Source of the DNA: Ignavibacteriales bacterium | GTDB lineage: Bacteria > Bacteroidota > Ignavibacteria > UBA10030 > UBA6906 | Length of the DNA: 64,000 nucleotides | NCBI GenBank assembly: GCA_037441705.1 | Contig: JBBIRR010000001.1 | Coordinates: 192,001 to 256,000 of the forward strand | Reading direction: 5' to 3' | Shown: positions 8,732-17,043 of the stretch, piece by piece | Layout of the letters: the number at the start of each line of letters is the position of its first letter | Position numbering within the stretch: the first letter of the stretch is position 1 | The notes under the pieces: generated by a model | Databases searched by the model: none | What the model was told of the DNA's origin: nothing | What the model saw: only the letters and a program-made list of their open reading frames with translations | Position numbers and translations under genes: made by a program

Positions 8732-10147
8732 CCTCCTCCTCATCATCGCCGCATACACCGCGAACGCGACCGCAAAGCCGACGAACCAGGCGTAGTCATA
8801 GAGAAAGCGCAACGGCTCCACCAACAAGCCGATGAGCGCGACCACGACGCCTGCGGCAAGGGCAAGGAGCGCCCGAAGATTGAACCCCCCTGCAAACTCA
8901 TACTCTCCCCCGCGTAGATACAGATCACGCACGCTGAGGGTTCTCTTCCGCACGAGATAGTAATCCGCGATCAACACACCGGCGATGGGACCGAGAAAAC
9001 TCGAGTACCCAACAAGCCAGCCGAAGATGTACGTACCGTAATCGGACAGCAGCTTCCACGGCATCATCACGATGCCCAGCACGGCCGTGATGAGGCCGCC
9101 GGTTTTGAAGCTGATTTTTCGCGGCAGCAGATTGGCAAAGTCGTTTGCCGGCGAGACAACATTTGCAGCAATATTCGTCGTGAGCGTTGCAACGACAAGA
9201 GCAATGAGCGAGAGAAGGATGACGATGGGACTTTCGAACTTCGACAGCAAGACGACCGGATCCCAAATCGCTTCGCCAAAAAGCACCACGGTGGCGGAGG
9301 TGACCGCCACACCGATGAACGAGTACAGAGCCATCGTCGGCGGCAGGCCGATGGCCTGACCAATGATCTGCGCACGCTGGCTTCGGGCGTAGCGCGTAAA
9401 GTCGGGAATGTTGAGCGAGAGCGTTGCCCAGAAGCCGACCATGCCGGTGAGCGACGGCATGAAGAACGCCCAGAACTCGCCGGCCGTCTGGAACTTGCTC
9501 GGCTGGGCAAACATGGGACCGAAGCTGCCGATGCGCGTATAAGCCCACGCCAACAGCGCCAGCCCAACAATGATCAGAAACGGCGCGGCAAGCGCTTCCA
9601 GCCATTTGATTGATTCCGTTCCTTTGATGATGAAGTAGACGTTCATTCCCCAGAAAATGAGAAACCCGATCGCCGGTCCCCATTCGAAAATAGCCCACTG
9701 CGGAAGCAGTAGGACGATCAGCGAGTTGAATGCCTGTCCCCCAATCCATGTTTGAATGCCGAACCACCCGCAGGCAACAACAGCGCGCAGCAATGCGGGC
9801 ACATTCGAGCCGAGCGTCCCGAATGAGGCACGCGCAAGAACCGGAAACGGAATGCCGTACTTCGTTCCTGCGTGCGCGTTCAACACCATTGGAATGAGCA
9901 CAATGATGTTACCGAGCGTGATGGTGAGCAGCGCCTGCCACCAATTCATGCCGCCGGCAATCAATCCGCTGGCAAGCATGTAGGTGGGGATGCAGACGCT
10001 CATGCCGATCCAGAGTGCGGCGATGTGGTACGTGCCCCACGTGCGCTGAGCGATTTTGGTCGGGGCGATGTCGGGATTGATGAGAGGACTGTGGTTGACG
10101 GAGGAGAGATCAGCCTCAACGAGTTCGGAGGTTACCTGCGTTTGCAT
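8723..10147 (-). CDS. NCS1 family nucleobase:cation symporter (uracil/hydantoin permease)
   Basis: ALWIGMSVCIP, KYGIPFPV..RASFG, GWFGIQTWIGG, LNIPDFTRYA, NIAANVVSPANDF. About 12 TM segments, inside the pyrimidine cluster. Confidence 0.93.
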   Translation of the reverse strand: MQTQVTSELVEADLSSVNHSPLINPDIAPTKIAQRTWGTYHIAALWIGMSVCIPTYMLASGLIAGGMNWWQALLTITLGNIIVLIPMVLNAHAGTKYGIPFPVLARASFGTLGSNVPALLRAVVACGWFGIQTWIGGQAFNSLIVLLLPQWAIFEWGPAIGFLIFWGMNVYFIIKGTESIKWLEALAAPFLIIVGLALLAWAYTRIGSFGPMFAQPSKFQTAGEFWAFFMPSLTGMVGFWATLSLNIPDFTRYARSQRAQIIGQAIGLPPTMALYSFIGVAVTSATVVLFGEAIWDPVVLLSKFESPIVILLSLIALVVATLTTNIAANVVSPANDFANLLPRKISFKTGGLITAVLGIVMMPWKLLSDYGTYIFGWLVGYSSFLGPIAGVLIADYYLVRKRTLSVRDLYLRGGEYEFAGGFNLRALLALAAGVVVALIGLLVEPLRFLYDYAWFVGFAVAFAVYAAMMRRRVE

Positions 10148-10230
10148 AGAAGAACACCGTTGTCAATGGACAGAAAGCGTGATGCGATGGCCTCATGATA
10201 GGAAATGGAAAGCCGAAGGTCAAGCACCTC

Positions 10231-10410
10231 TTATCCCGGCAGCGAAGAGAAGTGGGGATGCTTCACGCTGACATCCCCACTTCGCGAGCTCACACCGACG
10301 AGGGGATTGCCGGCATGATCGGTCACCTTTCCGCTCACTTCTACCTCCTGCGAAAGCGCCGGGCCACCTGCCCAGACAAGAACCAGCAGCAACAGTAGAA
10401 GATGTTTCAT
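10231..10410 (-). pseudogene. 5' stub of a SusC/TonB-receptor-like exported protein (signal peptide plus start of a carboxypeptidase-regulatory-like domain)
   Basis: MKHLLLLLLVLVWAGGPALS-QEVEVSGKVTDHAGNPLVGVS, then the frame runs into a hairpin and stops. AAAGGAG RBS upstream. Confidence 0.7.
10249..10283. terminator. Perfect 12-bp stem hairpin (terminator-like)
   Basis: GAAGTGGGGATG-cttcacgctga-CATCCCCACTTC. No strong U-tract. Confidence 0.55.
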
Positions 10411-10485
10411 AGGGGGTCTCCTTTGAATGTGAAAAGTTGAGTGAATTGAGAAACAACGCGCGTTCTCACCCCCCCGCATGCGCTT

Positions 10486-11874
10486 TCACCCACTTGCTAA
10501 CGGTTCGCGTTTGATGAATTTGCCGCGGCCCACCGTCCCGACAAACTTTCCGTCACGCGCCGCAACTTCGCCGCGGACGGTAACCACGTGCGGCCTGCCT
10601 TTGATCTGCCATCCCTCGAACGCGCTGTAGTCAACGTTGAGCTGATGCGTGCGCGCCGAAATCGTTCCGCGATACTGCGGATCGTACACCACCACATCGG
10701 CATCACTGCCGACGGCGATGGTGCCCTTGCGCGGGTACAAGCCGAACAACCGGGCCGCCTGCGTGCTGGCACAATTCACAAGTGTGTTCAGGTCAAGACG
10801 ACCTTCGCAGACCCCGTAGGTGTAGAGCAAGTTGATGCGATCTTCGAGCGAGGGGATGCCGTTCGGTATTTTGGTGAAGTCGTTGCGTCCCATCTCTTTT
10901 TGTCCGACAAAATCGAACGGCGCATGATCGGTGGCAACCGTTGAGACAAGTCCCTGACGTATCGCGTTCCAGAACACAGCCTGATTCCGCTTGTCGCGCA
11001 GCGGCGGGGACATGACGTACTTTGCCCCTTCGAAGTTCGGCAGCTCGGCGTAACTTTTGTCCAGCAGTAAATACTGAATCAATGTCTCGACCCGCACATG
11101 CAGGCCGCGCTGCATGGCAAGCAGCGCTTCTTGCAGCGCTTCTTCACAGCTAGTATGGACAATGTAGCAGTGCGTGCCGTGCAGCTCGGCAAAGGTCAGC
11201 AGATGATGCACGCCTTCCGCCTCGATGCGCGGGGGGCGGCTCCAATAGTGCCATTCGGGTCCCGTCTTTCCTTCGCCGAGCAGCTTCTGCTGCAGTTCGA
11301 ACACGGCGTCCGCATTCTCGCAGTGTGCCGTAACAGTAACGCCGAGTTCTTTCGCGAGCCGCATGGTGTGGTACAGCTCCTCGTCCGTAATGCCGAACGC
11401 GCCTTTGTATGCGAGGAACACTTTGAAACTCGTTATCCCGCTGCGGACGATTTCCCTCAACTCCCCTTCAGTCTTCTTGTCGAACCGCGTCACGGCTTGA
11501 TGAAATGTGAAATCGCATGCACTCTTGCCCTCGGCTTTTCCTCGCCACAACTCGAATCCATCGCGCAGCGGGTTCTCGGCTCTCGACTGACAGATCATTT
11601 CGATGAACGTCGTCGTCCCTCCAACGAGTGCCGCCTTGCTTGCCGTTTCATGCGTGTCTTTCGCGAACGTTCCCATGAACGGCAGATAGATGTGCACGTG
11701 CGGATCAATGAAGCCGGGAAAGACATACTTTCCCGTCGCATCAATTATCGTTGCGTTCGGCGGCGCGTCCAGGTGCTTGCCGATGCGAGTGATTTGTTCA
11801 TTCTCGCAATAGATATCTGCCACGTAGTCCTGATCGGCAGTGATGATCCGACCGTTTTTGATGAGGATGGACAT
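10486..11874 (-). CDS. hydA: Dihydropyrimidinase (D-hydantoinase)
   Basis: PGFIDPHVH, SFKVFLAY (carbamylated Lys), HCEN, YIVH, KYVMSPPLR, ATDHAPF, IPNG. Confidence 0.95.
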   Translation of the reverse strand: MSILIKNGRIITADQDYVADIYCENEQITRIGKHLDAPPNATIIDATGKYVFPGFIDPHVHIYLPFMGTFAKDTHETASKAALVGGTTTFIEMICQSRAENPLRDGFELWRGKAEGKSACDFTFHQAVTRFDKKTEGELREIVRSGITSFKVFLAYKGAFGITDEELYHTMRLAKELGVTVTAHCENADAVFELQQKLLGEGKTGPEWHYWSRPPRIEAEGVHHLLTFAELHGTHCYIVHTSCEEALQEALLAMQRGLHVRVETLIQYLLLDKSYAELPNFEGAKYVMSPPLRDKRNQAVFWNAIRQGLVSTVATDHAPFDFVGQKEMGRNDFTKIPNGIPSLEDRINLLYTYGVCEGRLDLNTLVNCASTQAARLFGLYPRKGTIAVGSDADVVVYDPQYRGTISARTHQLNVDYSAFEGWQIKGRPHVVTVRGEVAARDGKFVGTVGRGKFIKREPLASG

Positions 11875-11947
11875 TGATGGCTCCTTGATTCATGAGGTTC
11901 AAGATTAGGGTTTAGACCTTCTCGTCCAGCGGGCGGCTAATGCCGTC

Positions 11948-12175
11948 TCACGCGTTTGAGACGCCGGAGGCAGTTTGCCATTCAAGAACAAGCAAAGCCT
12001 GAATCTGAACAGGAACAGTGGCAAGAGTTTCGCCGTCTGAGTTGCTGAACTCCACAAGAACATTTTCATCATCAAGCGGCTCAACGACCGTCCCAACCAT
12101 CCCACGGATGAGTTTTTCGTCTGGGATGTCCTGAAGCAGTGCGACGACATCATAGGGCTTTGGTTTCGCCGTCAT
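11948..12175 (-). CDS. DUF4926 domain protein (putative antitoxin/immunity)
   Basis: YDVVALLQDIP...L.RGMVGTVVE......VEFSNSDGET.A pattern. Confidence 0.85.
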   Translation of the reverse strand: MTAKPKPYDVVALLQDIPDEKLIRGMVGTVVEPLDDENVLVEFSNSDGETLATVPVQIQALLVLEWQTASGVSNA

Positions 12176-12360
12176 TTCATTCTCCTCCTAACAAAACAAG
12201 AAATCAGTCGTGCTTTCGCGGAACGTCTTGGAACCATCCATATACTCCGAAGAATTTCCTTGCCCTTCACGCCGTCAATCTCATAATCAATTCGGAAGTA
12301 CTCACCGTACTTGTCACTTCGAACCAGTTGAGCTTCAGCTTCTTCCGTGGGAAGACTTCT
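12172..12360 (-). pseudogene. C-terminal remnant of a DUF6883-like putative toxin
   Basis: DKYGEYFRIDYEIDGVKG....RSIWMV......RLISCFV matches the C-terminal half of the usual DUF4926 partner. The ORF's nominal 5' end lies within a terminator hairpin. Confidence 0.6.
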
Positions 12361-12379
12361 TCTACTTTTCTGAGCCGCG

Positions 12380-12424
12380 AAAGACGGATGCCGGACAATT
12401 CCGTATTGCCGTTGCCCGGCATCC
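12380..12424 (-). terminator. Rho-independent terminator-like hairpin after the DUF1761-like gene
   Basis: Minus strand GGATGCCGGGCAA...TTGTCCGGCATCC (13 bp with one G-U pair), followed by GTCTTT. Confidence 0.6.
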
Positions 12425-12441
12425 AATGAGTTACGGTATTG

Positions 12442-12861
12442 TTATGCTGTCGCTGCGCCCTTCTTCATCACAGCCGCGACAACGGCACCGAGAATCACAT
12501 ACCAGATGATGCCGTAGATCGTCATGATCCACGATAGCCCGTACGGAAACCCGTTGAACATCAGGTTCATGAAGATGTATGTCGGGAAGCTCATGAGGAT
12601 CCCGAGGTAGAGACCCGCGGTTGCACCGTCCTTCACCGTTGTGCCGAACGAAGCGGCAACCTTGTCATACACCCATGCGAAAACGAACACTGCAACGAAG
12701 TCGCCGATAACGAACCATGCCACGTTCCCTTCCTGACGAAACAGTGCCGTGTTCTGCATGATGTACGCCGGTTGAAGCCACAAACTCCACACAAGCCAAT
12801 CCAGCACATTTACCACCACACCACCCACCAACACCGCGAGCCAGAACTTGCCGCTTTTCAT
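12442..12861 (-). CDS. Four-TM membrane protein (DUF1761-like)
   Basis: ATG at 12861 after GGAGG. Four hydrophobic segments, 'KDGATAGLYLG' pattern. Confidence 0.7.
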   Translation of the reverse strand: MKSGKFWLAVLVGGVVVNVLDWLVWSLWLQPAYIMQNTALFRQEGNVAWFVIGDFVAVFVFAWVYDKVAASFGTTVKDGATAGLYLGILMSFPTYIFMNLMFNGFPYGLSWIMTIYGIIWYVILGAVVAAVMKKGAATA

Positions 12862-12981
12862 AGTGCCTCCTATTGATGTTTGTTTGTTGTTTGGGTGATG
12901 ATTCGGTTGGCATAAAGGGACAATGTCATCCGAACCGTACATGTTCGTGTTCAAGAAGCAGGGCGTTGCCCCAGCGTCATG

Positions 12982-14316
12982 TCAGTGAATTTCAATCCCA
13001 TGTTTCTTCTGGAAAGCTCGCAGCGCATCCCACGTGAGCGGCTGCGGAAGCTCTTTGACCAACTGGTTCCAGGTCTTGGATTCCTTCCCATCATCGAGCC
13101 GCACCATCGAGATGCAGTTTTCCACGGGGCAAACGATGTAACAGAGCCGGCAGCCAACGCAATCTTCTTCGCGAACTTTCGGTTGGAGGATTGTCTCGGA
13201 CGCGCCGTTCTTTCCGACTTGCTTCGGAATCCTGTCGATGCACTGATGCGCGCTGTCTTCACAGGCAATGTAGCAGAGATTGCATTGAATGCACTTCGCC
13301 TCGTCAATGCGCGCAACGGATTTGTACAGAAGGTTGAGATTCCCGAAATCGTCTATCCCGCGCAGCGCTTTGCCGCGAACCTGCTCGAGCGAGGTGTAGC
13401 CCTTCTCCTCCATCCAGTGTTCCAAACCTTCGATCATATCCTCCACGATCCTGAAGCCGTAGTGCATGACTGCGGTGCAGACTTGCACGCTGGTTGCGCC
13501 AAGAAGAACAAACTCCAGCGCGTCGCGCCAGGTTGAAATGCCGCCGATGCCGGAAATAGGAAGTTGAATTTCGGGATCAAGGGCGATTTGCGAGACCATA
13601 TTGAGGGCAATCGGTTTGACGGCCGGACCGGCATACCCGCCATGACCGCCTTTGCCGTCAACCGCCGGTTTCAGCTCGAACGTGTCAAGATCAACGCCCA
13701 TGATCGTGTTGATGGTATTGATGAGCGAGATGCCGTTCGCGCCTGCTCGCTTCGCCGCGCGGCCCGGATAGCGGACGTCTGTTACGTTCGGCGTGAGTTT
13801 GACGAGCACGGGAACCGTCGAGGCTTCCATCACCCATTCGGTGATCATCTGACAATACTCGGGAACTTGTCCCACCGCCGAGCCCATGCCGCGCTCACTC
13901 ATGCCGTGCGGACAGCCGTAGTTGAGTTCAATCCCATCGGCGCCCGTGTCAATCGTTCGCTTCACGATGTCGTGCCACGCTTCGCGCTTCGACTCGACCA
14001 TCAGTGAAACGACAACGGCGCGATCGGGCCAGAGTTTCTTCGTCTCGGCGATCTCACGCAGGTTCACCTCAATTGGCCTGTCGCTGATCAGCTCGATGTT
14101 GTTCAGGCCGAGGATTTTCTGTCCGTTGTAATCCACCGCGCCGTAGCGGTTGCAGACATTCATCACCGGCTCGCCGATGGTTTTCCAGACGGCGCCGCCC
14201 CAGCCGGCTTCGAAGGCTTTGCACACTTGATACGCAGAGTTTGTCGGCGGGGCAGAAGCGAGCCAGAAGGGGTTGGGGGATGTGATGCCGGCACAGTTTA
14301 CTGAAAGATCAATCAT
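12982..14316 (-). CDS. preA: NAD-dependent dihydropyrimidine dehydrogenase subunit PreA
   Basis: NPFWLASAPPT, GLNNIELISDR, ELNYGCPHGMSERGMG, KLTPN, and C-terminal CIQCNLC...C / CVGCRLC..VCP ferredoxin motifs. Confidence 0.96.
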   Translation of the reverse strand: MIDLSVNCAGITSPNPFWLASAPPTNSAYQVCKAFEAGWGGAVWKTIGEPVMNVCNRYGAVDYNGQKILGLNNIELISDRPIEVNLREIAETKKLWPDRAVVVSLMVESKREAWHDIVKRTIDTGADGIELNYGCPHGMSERGMGSAVGQVPEYCQMITEWVMEASTVPVLVKLTPNVTDVRYPGRAAKRAGANGISLINTINTIMGVDLDTFELKPAVDGKGGHGGYAGPAVKPIALNMVSQIALDPEIQLPISGIGGISTWRDALEFVLLGATSVQVCTAVMHYGFRIVEDMIEGLEHWMEEKGYTSLEQVRGKALRGIDDFGNLNLLYKSVARIDEAKCIQCNLCYIACEDSAHQCIDRIPKQVGKNGASETILQPKVREEDCVGCRLCYIVCPVENCISMVRLDDGKESKTWNQLVKELPQPLTWDALRAFQKKHGIEIH

Positions 14317-14332
14317 CGTTGCTCACTCCTTA

Positions 14333-14570
14333 CAAATTTCAAAACTGAAACCGCAAATTACAAACAAAGTCCAAATCCCAAAAACCAAGCAAGCTGCAAA
14401 CCATTTGGAATTTGAAACTCTTGTGATCGGCGGCTCCGGGAAGCCTCCACTTTGTAGTTTGAATTTTGAAGCTTGCGATTTGTTTGGAATTTGGGATTTG
14501 AGATTTGATGCTTCTGATCTGTTGCTCCTTGGAGTCTTCTTCGGTACTTTGAATTGGGAGCTTCTGATTT
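14333..14570. repeat. Imperfect inverted repeat of 7-nt units with no gene between the arms
   Basis: Left arm aaaccgc aaattac aaacaaa gtccaaa tcccaaa aaccaag aligns with the reverse complement of the right arm, aaatccc aaattcc aaacaaa tcgcaag cttcaaa attcaaa. A partial third arm lies at about 14545-14570. Confidence 0.8.
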
Positions 14571-14612
14571 CCAGCTCCACCGTCATCTTGTGCCGACGAG
14601 GAATCCAAGGAT

Positions 14613-14662
14613 CCCCTGCCCGCCTTCTTTCCATCAGCCGCGGCATTCACCGCTTCCTTCAT
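14613..14662 (-). pseudogene. Diverged duplicate of the preT 3' end
   Basis: Encodes KEAVNAAADGKKAGRG versus PreT KEVVNAAADGKQAAHG. 34 of 40 nt identical to 15175-15214 by manual alignment. Confidence 0.85.
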
Positions 14663-14871
14663 GAATTGCCATTTTCTGTCTTCAGTTCGAAGGTCATAGC
14701 ACTTGGCTGTGTTATATGCTGCGTTGCATTGAGGATTTCGAATCCGACGATGTTGCCATCATAACCAAAGTCAACAACGATGCCTTCTCGTATTTCATCG
14801 CTTTCCTTGATTCGCTCGTCCCTGAAAACGACGTTCATGGTATCGGTATGTGGGTCATAAATCACTTTCAT
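14659..14871 (-). CDS. DUF2283 domain protein (putative antitoxin)
   Basis: MKVIYDPHTDTMNVVF....IKESDEI.EGIVVDF..DGNIVGFEILNA signature. Confidence 0.9.
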   Translation of the reverse strand: MKVIYDPHTDTMNVVFRDERIKESDEIREGIVVDFGYDGNIVGFEILNATQHITQPSAMTFELKTENGNS

Positions 14872-14879
14872 CGTTCTCC

Positions 14880-15134
14880 TCACATATATTTTTTGATATT
14901 CGATGTCTTGTACACCGTAATAACAGAATACGCATTCTCCAACACTTCAACAACAACTCGATAGAGCATAGGCTTCAAGAGAATCCGGTCATGAATGACT
15001 TTCTGATAGATTCTCCTACCGAGGCGTCCTTCGATGGTCTTGTCTGGTTCTGCAATCGTAAGTTCCACATCCGACTTGTCAATCTCACGCAACGTAAGCT
15101 CAAGAAGAGCACGAGAGCTGAATACCAACTTCAT
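14880..15134 (-). CDS. DUF4258-like protein (putative RelE/BrnT-fold toxin)
   Basis: LVFSSRA...L..REI....VE.TI.EPD....GR.GR.IYQK...RVVVE......VITVYKTS.I.KY. Adjacent to DUF2283 and TAATG-coupled to preT. Confidence 0.8.
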   Translation of the reverse strand: MKLVFSSRALLELTLREIDKSDVELTIAEPDKTIEGRLGRRIYQKVIHDRILLKPMLYRVVVEVLENAYSVITVYKTSNIKKYM

Positions 15135-16486
15135 TATCTATTCTGCGGGATCAGGAGTTGGTTTATTCCATGGGCCGCCTGCTTCCCATCGGCTGCAGCA
15201 TTCACCACTTCCTTGCCGCCGTTGATGCAATCGCCGCCGGCAAAGTATTTGGGATTGCTTGTCTGCATTGTTTCCGAGTTCACCCACACCCTGCCGCGTT
15301 CGATGCGTAATCCCGGAATCGTGCCGAGGAACGTCTCTTCAATCCGCTGCCCCACAGACTTGATAACCATGTCCACAGGAATTCGGAACTCCGAGCCGGG
15401 CACGGGCACAGGTCTGCGCCTGCCTTCTTCATCCGGCTCGCCGAGCTTCATCTGCACACACTCGATCGCCTCCACGTGCGTGTTGCCGATGATGCGGACC
15501 GGAGCGGTGAGAAACTGAAAGTGAACACCATCGCTCTTCGCCAGCTCATATTCGAACTCGTACGCCGGCATTTCCTCACGACTTCGTCGGTAGATGATCA
15601 TGACGTGTTCGGCACCGAGACGCCGCGCTTCGGTCACCGCATCAATCGCCGTGTTGCCCGCGCCGATGACCGCAACGCGACGACCGACATCTATTGCAGG
15701 CCAGTTGCGCGTCGTAACGCGTTCGATGAAATCAATGGCATCCACCACGCCCGACAGATCTTCGCCGGGAATGTTCAAACGCGATGATATCCCCAACCCC
15801 ACGCCGAGAAAAATTGCGTCGTGCCGCTGCTCAAGCTCTGCAAGCGTTACGTCCTTGCCGACTTTGACGCCTGAGTGAATCTTCACGCCGAAACTCTCGA
15901 CCAGTTTCACTTCCTTGAGGGCATCCTCCTGCGACATCTTGTAGGGCGCGATGCCCCAGGTGTTCAACCCGCCCGGCTTCGGCTTTGCGTCGTACACCGT
16001 CACATCGAACCCAAGCAGCGCCGCTTCGGCAGCACAGGCAAGTCCCGCCGCGCCCGCACCGATGACTCCAACGGACTTGCCGTTCTTCGGCTTCGGCTGG
16101 AACAGCGGCGGCATTCCGTGTTCGAAGTACCAGTCAAGCGCATAACGCTGCAAGCGTCCGATTTGAATCGGCTGCTCGCCGCGTTCGTTGTACACACACG
16201 CGCCTTCACACAGCACATCCACGGGACACGCCTTCGCACACGTCAACGCAACCCAATTGGACTTCAAAATCGTTTTTGCCGATCCCTTCAGATTGCCCGT
16301 CGCGATTTTTTTGATGAATGTAGGAATATCAATGTGCGTCGGGCACGCCTTTGTGCACGGCGAGTCGTAACAATACAAACACCTATTCGCCTCCGCCACA
16401 GCGGAGTTGGTGCTGAACGGGGGATGCAGCTCCGCGAAGTTGGCTTCGTATTGCTCAGGAGTAAGTTTGGGAGCGAGAGTGTTCAT
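15134..16486 (-). CDS. preT: Dihydropyrimidine dehydrogenase subunit PreT (GltD-like FAD/Fe-S)
   Basis: EANRCLYCYDSPCTKACPT, CAKACPVDVLCEGAC, IGAGAAG, IGAGNTAID, YRR, FAGGDC. Next to preA. Confidence 0.93.
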   Translation of the reverse strand: MNTLAPKLTPEQYEANFAELHPPFSTNSAVAEANRCLYCYDSPCTKACPTHIDIPTFIKKIATGNLKGSAKTILKSNWVALTCAKACPVDVLCEGACVYNERGEQPIQIGRLQRYALDWYFEHGMPPLFQPKPKNGKSVGVIGAGAAGLACAAEAALLGFDVTVYDAKPKPGGLNTWGIAPYKMSQEDALKEVKLVESFGVKIHSGVKVGKDVTLAELEQRHDAIFLGVGLGISSRLNIPGEDLSGVVDAIDFIERVTTRNWPAIDVGRRVAVIGAGNTAIDAVTEARRLGAEHVMIIYRRSREEMPAYEFEYELAKSDGVHFQFLTAPVRIIGNTHVEAIECVQMKLGEPDEEGRRRPVPVPGSEFRIPVDMVIKSVGQRIEETFLGTIPGLRIERGRVWVNSETMQTSNPKYFAGGDCINGGKEVVNAAADGKQAAHGINQLLIPQNR

Positions 16487-16953
16487 AGAGGGTTGGGGTC
16501 GTCAGATTCTGGATTCATGATGTTTGATTGGGGACTCAAGAACAGATCATAATCAGAAGTTGGCTCTTTTAGGAATCCTGGAGTTGAGTGAGAAGCCTCC
16601 ACAGCTTCGATGAACCGGAGCAGCATTTTGCTCTGTCGAACATATTCCGAGACGAGATCCTTGTACAAGCTTTGATCCGTTAGTGAACCTGTTTCAAGCA
16701 GAAAGGTCAAATGCTCTGTCGTCTCTTCACATGATCCGTATGCCCGATAGACATAGTGAAGAAACTCAGCTTTATACTTACGCAGAGCAAATCCTTCTAC
16801 TATCTGGGCGGAGATGGATTTTGATGACCTTCTGACCTGACTGCCTTCTTCATACCACTCAAACTTCGGCAAAGCCAGAGTCATTTGATGAACTCTCACG
16901 GCGAGCGAATGGGAAAGTTTGTAGCTGTCCAATCGTTTGTACCCAGCTTCCAT
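16483..16953 (-). CDS. Four-helix-bundle protein (23S rRNA IVS protein / Avd-like family)
   Basis: YKRLDSY..S..LA..V...T..LPKFE.YE.GSQVRRSSKSI.A.IVEGF..R.YK.EF......A.GS..ET. GAGG RBS. Confidence 0.93.
   Translation of the reverse strand: MEAGYKRLDSYKLSHSLAVRVHQMTLALPKFEWYEEGSQVRRSSKSISAQIVEGFALRKYKAEFLHYVYRAYGSCEETTEHLTFLLETGSLTDQSLYKDLVSEYVRQSKMLLRFIEAVEASHSTPGFLKEPTSDYDLFLSPQSNIMNPESDDPNPL
16502..16536 (+). repeat. Downstream 7-nt repeat arm, read through by the four-helix-bundle ORF
   Basis: tcagatt ctggatt catgatg tttgatt ggggact. Complementary to 16994-17042. Confidence 0.65.
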
Positions 16954-16993
16954 TCCTCAATCCTCCTTTCTTTGATTAACCGTCCATCTGCAG

Positions 16994-17042
16994 ACCCAGA
17001 ATCCAGCAGCCACAATCTTGAATCCAGCATCCACAATCCGGA
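16994..17042 (+). repeat. Upstream 7-nt repeat arm, (ATCCANN)x7
   Basis: acccaga atccagc agccaca atcttga atccagc atccaca atccgga. Begins right after the aminotransferase stop codon. Confidence 0.85.
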
Positions 17043-17043
17043 T

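Noticed and set aside
11890-11947. Possible second target-gene duplication or repeat arm downstream of DUF4926
   Set aside because: Only weak similarity to preA or to the heptamer arms, not distinguishable from chance by eye.
14273-14764. ORFs of 107-163 aa across the preA-TA gap
   Set aside because: They are translations of the heptamer arms (SQIPNSKQI, FGIWDLRF) and the preT duplicate, not credible proteins.
8196-16953. Diversity-generating retroelement, suggested by Avd-like four-helix-bundle genes
   Set aside because: No reverse transcriptase is present. The only long near-identical repeat (29290-29996) has mismatches that are not confined to adenines of one copy.
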